Source: Candidatus Aminicenantes bacterium UBA2190
GTDB taxonomy: Bacteria > Acidobacteriota > Aminicenantia > UBA2199
Direction: 5' to 3'
Assembly: GCA_002335385.1 (NCBI GenBank)
Contig: DCVK01000061.1
Location: 4,370-68,369 of the forward strand
Length of the DNA: 64,000 nt
Positions 45,160 through 54,759 of the stretch are shown here, in pieces (the first letter of the stretch is position 1; every line of letters begins with the position of its first letter). The position numbers and the translations under genes are program-made. Below the pieces are notes generated by a model. That model did no database searches and had not been told where the DNA came from. It saw only the letters and a list, made by a program, of their open reading frames with translations.

Positions 45160-46329
45160 ATGAACGGTCCCGCTCCGGATCGCGCCGCGAAGACCGCCGT
45201 CGCCCTGGTCGCCTGTCCCGACTACGACGAGGACCGGGTAGAGGCGGCATTGCGGCGGGGAGTCGACCTGCTGGGCGGCATCGGCCGCTTCGCTTCCGCC
45301 GCCGAGCACATCCTGCTCAAGCCCAACGTACTCACCGGCGCTGTTGCGGAGAAGCATGTCACGACCCACCCCGCCGTCTTCAAGGCCATGGGCCGGTTGC
45401 TGCTGGAAAAAGGCGTCCATGTCCGCTACGGCGACTCGCCGGGATTCGGAGGCTTCACGGCGGCAGCCGTCAAGTCGGGCCTGGCCAAGGCCGCAGGCGA
45501 GATCGGCATCGAGATGGCCGATTTTTCCTCCGCCGTCCAGGTCAGCTTCAGCGAAGCCCTGATCGCCAAGCAGCTGGTGCTGGCCCGGGAGGCGCTGGAC
45601 GCCGACGGCATCATCGGCCTGTCCAAGATGAAGACCCACGGCTTCATGCGCGTCACCGGCGCCGTAAAAAATCAGTTCGGCTGCGTGCCGGGCCTGCGCA
45701 AGGGCGAATACCACGTCAAGATGCCGCGCAGCGAGCACTTCGCCGCCATGCTGGTCGATGTCTGCCGCCGACTGAAGCCGCGCTTGAACGTCATGGACGG
45801 CATCGTGGCCATGGAGGGCAACGGCCCGGGCTCCGGGACACCGCGACCCATGAACGTCCTGCTTCTTTCCGCCGACCCGCTGGCCCTGGACGCCGTATTC
45901 TGCCGGCTGGTGCACATGCCGCCGCTGAACGTCCCGACCATGAAGCCCGGGGCCGAGAGCGGCCTGGGCACCTGGGCCGAGGACACGATCGCGGTCCTGG
46001 GAGACGACCCGGCGCGCTTCGCCTGCCCGGGATTCAAGGTGGTGCGCCAGCCTCCCGTCCCCTTTGACCGCTCCTTCCCCTATTACCTGAAAAAATGGAT
46101 CACGCCGCGACCGGTCATCGACCCCGGCCGCTGCCAACAATGCGGGGTCTGCAGCGAAGTGTGCCCGCTGGAGCCCAAGGCCGTCGCAACCGCTGCGCCG
46201 GCGGACCAGAACTCGCCGCCCGTCTACGACTACCGGCGCTGCATCCGCTGCTACTGCTGCCAGGAGATGTGCCCGCACGGCGCCATCGCCATCCGCCGGC
46301 CCGTTCTGAGCCGGCTCATCCATCCCTGA
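45160..46329 (+). CDS. DUF362 domain protein with a C-terminal 2x[4Fe-4S] ferredoxin domain
   Basis: A DUF362-like N-terminus (VALVACPDYDEDRVEAALRRGVDLLGG) and CQQCGVCSEVCP plus CIRCYCCQEMCP cluster motifs. Confidence 0.75.
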   Translation: MNGPAPDRAAKTAVALVACPDYDEDRVEAALRRGVDLLGGIGRFASAAEHILLKPNVLTGAVAEKHVTTHPAVFKAMGRLLLEKGVHVRYGDSPGFGGFTAAAVKSGLAKAAGEIGIEMADFSSAVQVSFSEALIAKQLVLAREALDADGIIGLSKMKTHGFMRVTGAVKNQFGCVPGLRKGEYHVKMPRSEHFAAMLVDVCRRLKPRLNVMDGIVAMEGNGPGSGTPRPMNVLLLSADPLALDAVFCRLVHMPPLNVPTMKPGAESGLGTWAEDTIAVLGDDPARFACPGFKVVRQPPVPFDRSFPYYLKKWITPRPVIDPGRCQQCGVCSEVCPLEPKAVATAAPADQNSPPVYDYRRCIRCYCCQEMCPHGAIAIRRPVLSRLIHP

Positions 46330-46341
46330 AGGGTGCTTCCT

Positions 46342-46359
46342 GCCGCGCCCTAGCGCGGC
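46342..46359. terminator. Shared hairpin between convergent genes
   Basis: GCCGCGC-ccta-GCGCGGC forms a perfect 7-bp stem. The loop contains the stop codon of the minus-strand Pat-like gene. No U-tract follows. Confidence 0.3.
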
Positions 46360-49043
46360 CGCAACTCCATCACGGCATCGATCACTGAGCCGTCCTCCGT
46401 GGGCGTGGTAACGAAGCCCAGGCGCTTGAAAAGGGCCAGCATCCACGTGTTGTCGCGGCCGGTCTGGGCGACCACCCGCCGCAATCCCCAATGGCCGGCG
46501 ATCTCCAGACAGCATTCGGTCAATACGCTCCCCAGCCCCCTGTTCTGCCACTTGTCGCCCACCAGGACGGCGTATTCCACGCTCTCGTGGTCGGGATCGG
46601 CGACCAGGCGCCCCACCCCCAGCAACTGGCGCCGGCCATCCCGCTCCAGCTCGGCGACCATGGCGATCTCGCGGTCGTAGTCGATGAAGCAGTAGCGGAC
46701 CGCCGCCTGGTGCGACTGCCACTGGAAAAAATGGCGGAAGCGGGCGTAGATGGACTCGCGCGAACAGCCGGCCAGGAGCTCCATCCATAACGGCTCGTCC
46801 TCGGGGCGGATGGGGCGCAGCAGAACGGGCGTTCCGTCGGGCAGGCTCGCCTTGCGGGCGTATTCCTCGGGATAGGGGCGCAGGGCCAGGTGGGAGTAGG
46901 AGCGCCCGCCGGCTGCCGGCGCCGGCCCCTCGATGACCAGGCGCGCATCCAGGGCGATCACCCTCTCCGGGGTGACCAGCAGCGGGTTGATGTCCAGCTC
47001 GGCGATCTCGGGATAATCGGCGGCGAAATACGACAGCCGGATCAGGATCTCCAGCAGGCGGTCGACGGCGAGCGTCCGGCGGCCGCGGTAGCCGTTGAGC
47101 AGGGGCCAGATCTTCAGCGACTCGAGCATGCGCCGGGCCAGGCGCTCGTTGAGCGGCGGGAACCCCAGGCTGCGGTCGGCGAACAATTCGGCCTCGATGC
47201 CTCCGCGGCCGGCCAGAACGACGGTGCCGAACACCGGGTCCTTCTTGATGCCCAGGATCAGCTCCACCCCCTCATGATGGCGGACCATGGACTGGACGGT
47301 CACCCCGGCCACTCGCGCCGCCGGTGCCTGCTGCCGGGCCCGCTCCAGGATTGTTGTGAAAGCCCGGCGCACCGCGCCCTCGTCCTCCAGGTCGAGGAGC
47401 ACTCCCCCCACATCGCTTTTGTGGCTGATGTCGGGGGAGAGGATCTTCAGTACGACCGGGAAGCCGATCTGCCGGGCCAGGAACGCGGCCTCGTCGGCGC
47501 TGCCCGCCGCCCGCGGCATGGCGGTCGGGATGCCGTAGGCTTCCAGCAATGACTTGGAATCGTCCTCGGCGAGGGTCCGCCGTTCGTCCCCCGCAAGCTT
47601 TTTGAACTCGGCATGGAGACTCAGGCGCTCCGAGGTGAAGGCCAGGGGAATGTCCCGGGGTGTCTCGTACAGGCTCTCCAGGTTGCGGGCGTAGGCCACC
47701 AGGGTCATGAAGGCGCGCACCGCCTGCTCGGGGGTGCGGTAGCCGGCGATGCCGGCCTCGGCCAGCACCCGCCTGCCCTCGGTCATGCTTTCCCCGCCCA
47801 GCCAGGCAGCCAGGATCGGCTTGGCCGACAGGTCCTTGAGCTGCGCCAGCGCCTGGGCCATCGCCGTCGGGTTGGTCATGGCCTGCGGCGTGACGATCAC
47901 CAGCACGGCGTCTGCACCCGGGTCCTGCAGAACGATCTCCACCGCCTTGGCCAGTCGCTTGGAACGGGCATCGCCCAGCACGTCGACCGGATTGCCGTGC
48001 GACCAGCAGGGCGGCAGTACCTCGTCCAGCCGGGACAGCGTATCGGCGGCCAGCTTCGCCAGGGAACCGCCGGCCTGGATCAGGGCATCGGCGGCCATCA
48101 CGCCGGGTCCGCCGGCATTGGTCACGACGGCCAGCCGCGGGCCCAGGGGAACCTTCTGGCGGCCGATGAGCTCGGCGCAGTCGAAGATCTCGCCAATATC
48201 CAGCACCCGCGCCAGGCCGGCACGCTGAAAGGCGGCGTCATAAACGGCATCCTCGGCAGCCAGGGCGCCGGTATGCGAGGCAGCCACCTGCGCCGATTCG
48301 GGAAAACGCCCCGCCTTGTAGGCCACGATGGGCTTGCCGCGGGCAAAGGCGCGGGCGGCGGTCATGAACTTCCGCGCCTGGCCGATCGATTCCACGTAGA
48401 GGATGATCGAGCGCGTCCTCTCGTCCTCGCCCAGGTAGTCGATCAGGTCGCCGAAGTCGATGTCCAGGGCGTTGCCGATCGAGGCCACGCAGGAAAAGCC
48501 GATGCTCTCCGCCCGCGCCCAGTCCAGGACGGCGGCGCAGAGGGCGCCCGACTGGGAAATAAATGCCACGTGGCCGCTCTTGGGCATGGCGCCGGCAAAG
48601 CTCATGTTGAGCTGGCGGTTGGGGACGATGACACCCAGGCAATTGGGGCCGAGGATGCGCATGGCGCCGAAGCGGCGCGCCTCGGCCAGGACCTGCTCCT
48701 CCAGGGCGCGGCCCGCCGGTCCGGTCTCGCGGAAGCCGGAGGAGACGATGACGACGCCGGGAATGCCCGCCTCGCCGCATTCACGCACCAGTGCCGGCAC
48801 CTTGGCCGCCGGAGCGCAGATGACGCCCACGTCAACGGGACGCGGCAGCTGGCGGACAGAGGCGAAGCAGGAGATGCCCATGACCGCCTCGAAATCGGGG
48901 TTGACCGGATAGACGACACCGCGGTAGCCGCTGCCGACCAGGTTGCCGAGCACCTTGCCGCCGACGCTCTTGGGATTGGCAGTGACGCCGATCAATGCGA
49001 TGCGCTGCGGATTGAAGATGTTCTCCAAGCGATGGATGGCCAT
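46350..49043 (-). CDS. Bifunctional ADP-forming acetyl-CoA synthetase-like / GNAT acetyltransferase (Pat-type protein acetyltransferase)
   Basis: A CoA-binding N-terminus (IALIGVTANPKSVGGKV), succinyl-CoA-synthetase-like and ATP-grasp regions, and a C-terminal GNAT domain (VGDKWQNRGLGSVL). The start is MAIHRLENIF (49043), preceded by AGGAG. Confidence 0.85.
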   Translation of the reverse strand: MAIHRLENIFNPQRIALIGVTANPKSVGGKVLGNLVGSGYRGVVYPVNPDFEAVMGISCFASVRQLPRPVDVGVICAPAAKVPALVRECGEAGIPGVVIVSSGFRETGPAGRALEEQVLAEARRFGAMRILGPNCLGVIVPNRQLNMSFAGAMPKSGHVAFISQSGALCAAVLDWARAESIGFSCVASIGNALDIDFGDLIDYLGEDERTRSIILYVESIGQARKFMTAARAFARGKPIVAYKAGRFPESAQVAASHTGALAAEDAVYDAAFQRAGLARVLDIGEIFDCAELIGRQKVPLGPRLAVVTNAGGPGVMAADALIQAGGSLAKLAADTLSRLDEVLPPCWSHGNPVDVLGDARSKRLAKAVEIVLQDPGADAVLVIVTPQAMTNPTAMAQALAQLKDLSAKPILAAWLGGESMTEGRRVLAEAGIAGYRTPEQAVRAFMTLVAYARNLESLYETPRDIPLAFTSERLSLHAEFKKLAGDERRTLAEDDSKSLLEAYGIPTAMPRAAGSADEAAFLARQIGFPVVLKILSPDISHKSDVGGVLLDLEDEGAVRRAFTTILERARQQAPAARVAGVTVQSMVRHHEGVELILGIKKDPVFGTVVLAGRGGIEAELFADRSLGFPPLNERLARRMLESLKIWPLLNGYRGRRTLAVDRLLEILIRLSYFAADYPEIAELDINPLLVTPERVIALDARLVIEGPAPAAGGRSYSHLALRPYPEEYARKASLPDGTPVLLRPIRPEDEPLWMELLAGCSRESIYARFRHFFQWQSHQAAVRYCFIDYDREIAMVAELERDGRRQLLGVGRLVADPDHESVEYAVLVGDKWQNRGLGSVLTECCLEIAGHWGLRRVVAQTGRDNTWMLALFKRLGFVTTPTEDGSVIDAVMELRPR

Positions 49044-49259
49044 GGTTCGCTCGCTCCTTTTCCTTTCGGGCCCGGGTCGGCACGGGATCGTGGCGCATCC
49101 GCCACGGAGCAACGCCGTGCGGAAGGAAAAAGTATAGGGAATCCGACCGGCGAAGTCAAACGGGGCGAAGATCCGCTGGGCAACGCCGGGCATGCAATTC
49201 GTTCACGTCTCTGCTATCATGAGCGGCAGGAATGACGGAGGTCGCCATGCCCAGCCGGG

Positions 49260-51221
49260 ATGATTGCCCATGACCCGCGGTGTCCCATGCCGCTGAATAT
49301 CGTATGGCTCAAGATCATCGCCATCCCCACCCTGCATTTCCTTTTTTTCATCGTTTTGCCTGGAGCGGGGTTGTGGATCATCCTGCAGGACCGGCTGGGG
49401 GACAGCAAGCTCCCCGGCGCCGCGCAGTTCCTCAGCGCGGTTGCCCTGGGGATCCTGTACAATGCCCTGCAGTTCCTTCTGGTTGTGCTCGTTTACCGCA
49501 ATTTCCCGTTGACCGGCCGCATCTGGCTGAGCATTGGCAAGTACGCCATGGACGTTGCGTTACTGATATGCGTTTCCCTGGCCTACCCCCAAAAGAGCCG
49601 CGACCTTTTGCTGCGGCTTTCGTCCGTCTGCGTCCGCCGCGCCGACGCCCTGCTGCTGCTGTTCGCACTGCTGCTGGGAGTGCTGGCCATCACCCACTTT
49701 CCCCATGTCCACGACTCCGGCCAGTTGATCGCCACCAACCGCATGCTGCTGGGCGGATTTGATTTCTGGCACGCCAAGCGGTATGCACTCGGGTTCTCCG
49801 CCCTGTGCTATTTCCCGGCGGCGATTTTCCCGGGCATTCCCATGGCCACGCTGGCCTCGGGATACAAGGCGTCACTGGTTGTTCTGCTCGGCCTCGCGGT
49901 GATCTACGGCCTGGACAGGATGGCCGTTGCCCGGCGGGCCGCCGGCATATTCCTTCTCTTTTTCATTTTCATCAGCAGTTTTTTCGGGCTTTACGGTGTC
50001 ATGGAACTCGGGAAGGACAGCGCCTGGTCGGTGCTGTTCAGCGTTATTTTCATGTTCAGCCTCATGGGCCGCGAAAAGACGGCCGCTAAAAACGCCTCCC
50101 CGCTGTTCCTGCTCGCCGCCATTGCTTTGGGAATGATTGCCATCCCCTATCTGTGCCTATTTTGCCTTGTTCTCGCCGTGCTGCGCCTGCTGCCCGAAAG
50201 GATCTCTGCCCATCGCCTGCTCCTGCCCGCGGCGGTGATCCTGCTTCTGGCAGGCGGCGCCATGATGATGCCGGTCAAGATGGCCGTGCGCGCGCCGCCG
50301 CACACTCGCCCGCAGGTGGGAACATTCGTTTCCTGGTATCCCAGCGACGGCAAGACGCCTTTTTTTCAGTACTATTTCCACTACGAGAGGCACGGATACC
50401 GGAATTCGGCGCTGATCGCCATAGCCGGCCTGCTGGGCATCTTCCTGCTGCCCAGGGCCGGGGCACGACACAGGGATGCGGCCGTGCGCAGCACGGCCTT
50501 GTTTCTGCCGGTCGCCACTCTGAGCTGCCTGTTCCTTTCCTTCCTGGCCCGTGGGCAATTGCCGGCCAGCCGCGCGCAAAAAATTCCCCTGACGCCCTTC
50601 TCCACGCGCCAGGCATGGGACCTGATCAAGGACATTCCCCAGTGGTACGTGCAGCTCATCAGCGGCATTATTATCGTGATCGTGCTCGATGCCTGGATCA
50701 GTAAGCTCCCTTTCTCCCACAAGGCCAGGCAGGCGTTTTTCACCGGCATTGCCCTGCTGGCCGCCGGGGCGGCGCTCAGCGCCAATCTGCCCCGGGTGGC
50801 GGCGCTGAAGGTCCCGGCCCATTTTTACCGCTACGGCGGCAACCGGGATGACCGCTTCGCCCGCACGCTGGAGAGCATCTATCTCCATCCCGAAGTGAAC
50901 CAACTATTCATCGCCAGGGATCTGTCCTCGCTGAACGCCAACCATTTTCATTTCGACCTCCAGGGCTATTTCCCGAAAAAAAAGCTGCATATCCTCGCGG
51001 CAGCCCCCGGAGAAGGCCTGCGGTTCCATCCGCCGCCGGGATCCTCGATCCTGATCGCCGATCATGACCGCATTTGGAAATTCCAGGCGACAGGGCGCAT
51101 GCGCAACCGGATGAGCGTCCGCCGGCTGGAACATTTCCCGGGAACCGGCGAGGGCGTTTATCTGATCGAAAGGAGGAAGGAAAACCCGCAGCGAAGCCTG
51201 ATGCGACAACCGGAAGAATAA
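49260..51221 (+). CDS. Hypothetical polytopic membrane protein (possibly a GT-C-type glycosyltransferase)
   Basis: 653-aa ORF with more than 12 predicted TM segments and a soluble C-terminal domain of about 130 aa. I recognise no firm motif, and the start is uncertain (49260 or 49287). Confidence 0.55.
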   Translation: MIAHDPRCPMPLNIVWLKIIAIPTLHFLFFIVLPGAGLWIILQDRLGDSKLPGAAQFLSAVALGILYNALQFLLVVLVYRNFPLTGRIWLSIGKYAMDVALLICVSLAYPQKSRDLLLRLSSVCVRRADALLLLFALLLGVLAITHFPHVHDSGQLIATNRMLLGGFDFWHAKRYALGFSALCYFPAAIFPGIPMATLASGYKASLVVLLGLAVIYGLDRMAVARRAAGIFLLFFIFISSFFGLYGVMELGKDSAWSVLFSVIFMFSLMGREKTAAKNASPLFLLAAIALGMIAIPYLCLFCLVLAVLRLLPERISAHRLLLPAAVILLLAGGAMMMPVKMAVRAPPHTRPQVGTFVSWYPSDGKTPFFQYYFHYERHGYRNSALIAIAGLLGIFLLPRAGARHRDAAVRSTALFLPVATLSCLFLSFLARGQLPASRAQKIPLTPFSTRQAWDLIKDIPQWYVQLISGIIIVIVLDAWISKLPFSHKARQAFFTGIALLAAGAALSANLPRVAALKVPAHFYRYGGNRDDRFARTLESIYLHPEVNQLFIARDLSSLNANHFHFDLQGYFPKKKLHILAAAPGEGLRFHPPPGSSILIADHDRIWKFQATGRMRNRMSVRRLEHFPGTGEGVYLIERRKENPQRSLMRQPEE

Positions 51222-51236
51222 TCGGGATCGCCCTCG

Positions 51237-52187
51237 TTACCTGCCGTGCCGCTGGGAACGGCGCAGAAGAAGCAGAACGGAGCCGGCCAATGCCGGCAAC
51301 GCCGTATTCAGGGAAAAAAGCATCAGTGCGGAGGATACCGCCGGCGCCCTGGGCACTCCAAAAGGGGAGAGAAGGGCGATCGCGGCACCCTCGCGAATTC
51401 CCAGCCCGCCGATGGTGAACGGCAGGATATTGGTGAGCATGATCAGCGGCTGCGCCAGCACGGCCGTCCACAGCCGGGAAGAATGATAATTGTTCAGGAG
51501 AGCGTGGAATTGCAGGATCACCACGCCATAACCGAGCAAGGCGAGCCCCATCTGCTTGCGCTTGACGCCCGTGGGGACGGCCTGGAGCTGCAGCGTCATG
51601 CGGGCTGCTCTTTCCCGAAAGGCGGCGAAGCGGCTGGACTGCGGCAGCAATCGCTGGAGCCAGCGCAGCGGGAAATCCGGCCAAACCAGCAGTAGCCACA
51701 GAAAGGCCAGGAGGATGGCGGCCGCCGCCCCGACCAGGGGATTGGCATAGAAAACAATTCCGGGCACAGCCAGGAGCACCACCGCGGCGACCTCGAATAC
51801 CCGGTCCACCATCACCAGGTAGGCGATGAGCCCGCGCTCGTGCCTTTCCAGGAAGATCGCGCGGGCGACCTCCCCCACCCGTCCCGGCGTGAGCAGGCCT
51901 CCCGCCATCCCGACAAGATAGGATTTCGCCGCGTCCGACAGCGAAGCCCCCCCGCCCGCCGCCGCCATGACCAGGCGATGCCATTTCAGCACTTTAAGGA
52001 AAGTGAACAGCAGCGCCAGGGCCAGGGCCGCTCCGAGTGAAGGCCCGACGGTCCGCAGGGAAGCGGCGATGCCGCCAAGGCCCGCCTTGGCGATGACCAG
52101 GTAGAGCAGGAGGAGCGACAAGACCAGCTTCGCGGCAAAGAGGACCTTGCCGTTGATCCCTTTCACGATCGCGCCTCCCTTCCCCAC
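51237..52187 (-). CDS. UPF0104 / lysylphosphatidylglycerol-synthase-TM (flippase-like) domain protein
   Basis: The N-terminus KLVLSLLLLYLVIAKAGLGGIAASL and a topology of about 8 TM segments are typical of the family. It overlaps the upstream gene by 25 nt. Confidence 0.7.
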   Translation of the reverse strand: MGKGGAIVKGINGKVLFAAKLVLSLLLLYLVIAKAGLGGIAASLRTVGPSLGAALALALLFTFLKVLKWHRLVMAAAGGGASLSDAAKSYLVGMAGGLLTPGRVGEVARAIFLERHERGLIAYLVMVDRVFEVAAVVLLAVPGIVFYANPLVGAAAAILLAFLWLLLVWPDFPLRWLQRLLPQSSRFAAFRERAARMTLQLQAVPTGVKRKQMGLALLGYGVVILQFHALLNNYHSSRLWTAVLAQPLIMLTNILPFTIGGLGIREGAAIALLSPFGVPRAPAVSSALMLFSLNTALPALAGSVLLLLRRSQRHGR

Positions 52188-53476
52188 CGGTACAAGTTGA
52201 ATTCCCTGGCCAGGGTAAAGCTGGTGTTCATGCAGCGGCTACGCGGATAAAACTGGCTGCTATCGACGAGAAACAGGTTTTTGATCGGCGTGGCAAACGG
52301 AGGCAGGACCCTGGAGAAATGGGCTTTGAAAATGGGCTGAGTATGGAGGTCGCGGTTGACATGGAAGCCCAGGACATGCGAATCGCGGAAATTCGCGAAC
52401 ATTCGCCTCAGGTGGCCGCAATAGACATCCAACAGCTCGGCATCCGGCGTTCTCCAGGCGAAGTCATCGCCGCAGTCGCAGTAACGGGACAGGTACACCA
52501 AATGCTGGCCCCCAGGATCGTCGCCTCCCATCCAGTTCGTGTGCTCCACGATCACCGCGAACGGGACATTCTCGTCCCCGACGTTGATCCAGTAATGCGG
52601 GCTGAGCGGCTCCTGCAAACGCAGGATCATGCAGACGGAATGAGAGTATTCGATCCGCGCAAGTTGCTCGCGGTAATCCCGAGGCAGTGCCGGAACGATC
52701 TCGGCGAAGCGCGGCAGGGGCAATGTGACGATGCAGGCATGGAAGGGACTGGCCGTGTCGCCGTTCAGGATGAATGACCCGTTCGGGCCGGCCTTCTCGA
52801 TGGCGCTGACCGGGTGTCCGGTCATGATCCGCCCCCCGTGTCTCACGATTTCGGCCTCCAGCCGCTCGAACAAGAGTCCAAATCCGCCTCGCAGGTATCC
52901 CAGCGCCCCCGACGACCGTCCGAGCCTTCCGCGGGTCCTGCTCTGCAGGCGGTCCCAGAGCCAGGTTGCGGACACTTCGGATGAGTGGGTGCCGAATTTG
53001 TTTTTCAGCAGCGGTTCCCAGAACCGGGCGTAGCCCCGATTGCCGCAGCGTTTTTTAAGCAGGGCGGCCGCTGTCACGCCATCGAAAGCCCGCCAGTCCC
53101 TCTTCAAGATCAGAGTCGACGTGCTGATCCCGACGCGCAGCCGTTCCGCCAAGGTCAGCGGCCGGAAGCGCAGCAGGTCGATGGCCGAGTTCAGGGGATA
53201 GATTTTTCCCCGGGAATAGTAGGCCATGGCGGCCTTTTTGAAAACCAGCCGATCCTCCAGGCCCAGGGTGCGGATCACATCCAGCAATTCAGTGTGCGCG
53301 GTGAAAATGTGGCGGTAGTATCTGTCGATCACCGCGGATCCGGACATGAAAGCGGCCGCCAGCCCACCGGTGCACTTTTCTTTTTCGAAAACCGTCACAT
53401 CCAGATCTTCCCCGGCCAGGGAATAGGCCAGGGCCAGCCCGGTGATGCCGCCGCCGACAACGGCTATTCTTTTCAG
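52163..53476 (-). CDS. NAD(P)/FAD-dependent oxidoreductase (amine oxidase/phytoene desaturase-like)
   Basis: The Rossmann motif KRIAVVGGGITGLALAYSLAGEDLDVTVFEKE lies upstream of the first canonical start (GTG 53398). The only in-frame start candidates before it are CTG 53476 and ATA 53467. Confidence 0.75.
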   Translation of the reverse strand: MKRIAVVGGGITGLALAYSLAGEDLDVTVFEKEKCTGGLAAAFMSGSAVIDRYYRHIFTAHTELLDVIRTLGLEDRLVFKKAAMAYYSRGKIYPLNSAIDLLRFRPLTLAERLRVGISTSTLILKRDWRAFDGVTAAALLKKRCGNRGYARFWEPLLKNKFGTHSSEVSATWLWDRLQSRTRGRLGRSSGALGYLRGGFGLLFERLEAEIVRHGGRIMTGHPVSAIEKAGPNGSFILNGDTASPFHACIVTLPLPRFAEIVPALPRDYREQLARIEYSHSVCMILRLQEPLSPHYWINVGDENVPFAVIVEHTNWMGGDDPGGQHLVYLSRYCDCGDDFAWRTPDAELLDVYCGHLRRMFANFRDSHVLGFHVNRDLHTQPIFKAHFSRVLPPFATPIKNLFLVDSSQFYPRSRCMNTSFTLAREFNLYRWGREARS

Positions 53477-53486
53477 TTTCCTTCCT

Positions 53487-54743
53487 TCAGCGGATCCGCA
53501 GCAGGGTGCTCAAAAAACGCTCCACTTCCGCCTCGTTGTTGTAGAGCGAAAGCCCGGCGCGCACGGCACCGCCCCGTTCACTCAGGCCGAGGAAGCGCAT
53601 GGCTTCCCAGGCGTAGTAATCGCCATCCCAAACATGGATGCCTTCCTCTCCCAGCCGCTGAGCCACTTCGGCCGGTGTCATGCCGGCGAGCGTGAAGCAG
53701 GCGGTGGGCGTGCGCTCGTGGAGACGCCCCGGGTCGGTGATGCCGTAGATGCGCACTCCCGGGATCTCCTGCAGTCCCGCGAGCAGGCGGGAGAAGAGGA
53801 GCGATTCATGATCGCTGATGGCGGCCAGGGCCTGCTTCAGAAGCCGCCTGCGCCCCGCGGGATACGACTCGCAGCCCGTACCGAGCTCCTGCCCCAGGGC
53901 GGCAAGGAAATCGATCGCCGCGGCGACGCCGGCGATCGCCTCATGGCTCTTGGTGCCGGTCTCGAAGCAATCCGGGATGGCGGCGGCGGACGGCCGCACC
54001 TTGTAAGGCTGCAGTCGCTCCAGGACCTCGCGCCTGCCATAGAGGACTCCGGAGTGCGGGCCATAGAACTTGTAGGGCGAACAGGCCAGGAAATCGCAGC
54101 CCAGCTGCTGGACGTCGACGGGACGATGCGGGGCGAAATGCACGGCGTCCACGAAAGTCAGCGCGCCGGCCCGGCGGGCGGCGGCCAGGATGCGCGGCAG
54201 GTCGTTGACCGTGCCAAAGGCGTTGGAAGCGCCGCCGACGGCCACCAGCCGCGTCCGTTCCGTGATCATCCCTTCCAGGTCCTCCAGCATCAGGGTGCAG
54301 TCGGCGGGATCGAACTCCAGCCAGCGGATGAGGACGCCTTGCTCCTGCAGGTGGAGCCAGGGGGCGATGTTGGCGTCATGGTCGAGACGGGTGACGACGA
54401 TCTCATCGCCGGGCTGCAGATCCCGGCCGATGATGCGCGCCAGGTGCAGGGTCAGGGTGGTCATGTTGGCGCCGAAGATGATCTCGGCCTCTGAGCGGGC
54501 GTTGAGCAGGTCGGCCATGGCCGCGCGCCCGGCGGCGATGATGGCATCGCTGCGCCGCGAGAAGGCGAACTGGCCGTGCTCGTTGGCGTTGGCTTCGCGG
54601 TAATAGGCGGCGACGGCATCGATGACGGCTTGCGGCACCTGCGTGCCCCCGGGACCGTCGAAGAATACGGCACCGGGGGCCAGCGCCGGAAATCGGCTGC
54701 GGATGCCTTCAACGGGATATTTCATGGCCACTCCTTTGTCCAA
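53487..54743 (-). CDS. Cysteine desulfurase-like class V aminotransferase
   Basis: FFDGPGGTQVPQAVIDAV and the PLP-lysine region FLACSPYKFYGPHSGVLYG. It resembles the cysteine desulfurase-related family rather than IscS or SufS proper. Confidence 0.8.
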   Translation of the reverse strand: MDKGVAMKYPVEGIRSRFPALAPGAVFFDGPGGTQVPQAVIDAVAAYYREANANEHGQFAFSRRSDAIIAAGRAAMADLLNARSEAEIIFGANMTTLTLHLARIIGRDLQPGDEIVVTRLDHDANIAPWLHLQEQGVLIRWLEFDPADCTLMLEDLEGMITERTRLVAVGGASNAFGTVNDLPRILAAARRAGALTFVDAVHFAPHRPVDVQQLGCDFLACSPYKFYGPHSGVLYGRREVLERLQPYKVRPSAAAIPDCFETGTKSHEAIAGVAAAIDFLAALGQELGTGCESYPAGRRRLLKQALAAISDHESLLFSRLLAGLQEIPGVRIYGITDPGRLHERTPTACFTLAGMTPAEVAQRLGEEGIHVWDGDYYAWEAMRFLGLSERGGAVRAGLSLYNNEAEVERFLSTLLRIR

Positions 54744-54759
54744 AGACCGCAGGCGCCGC

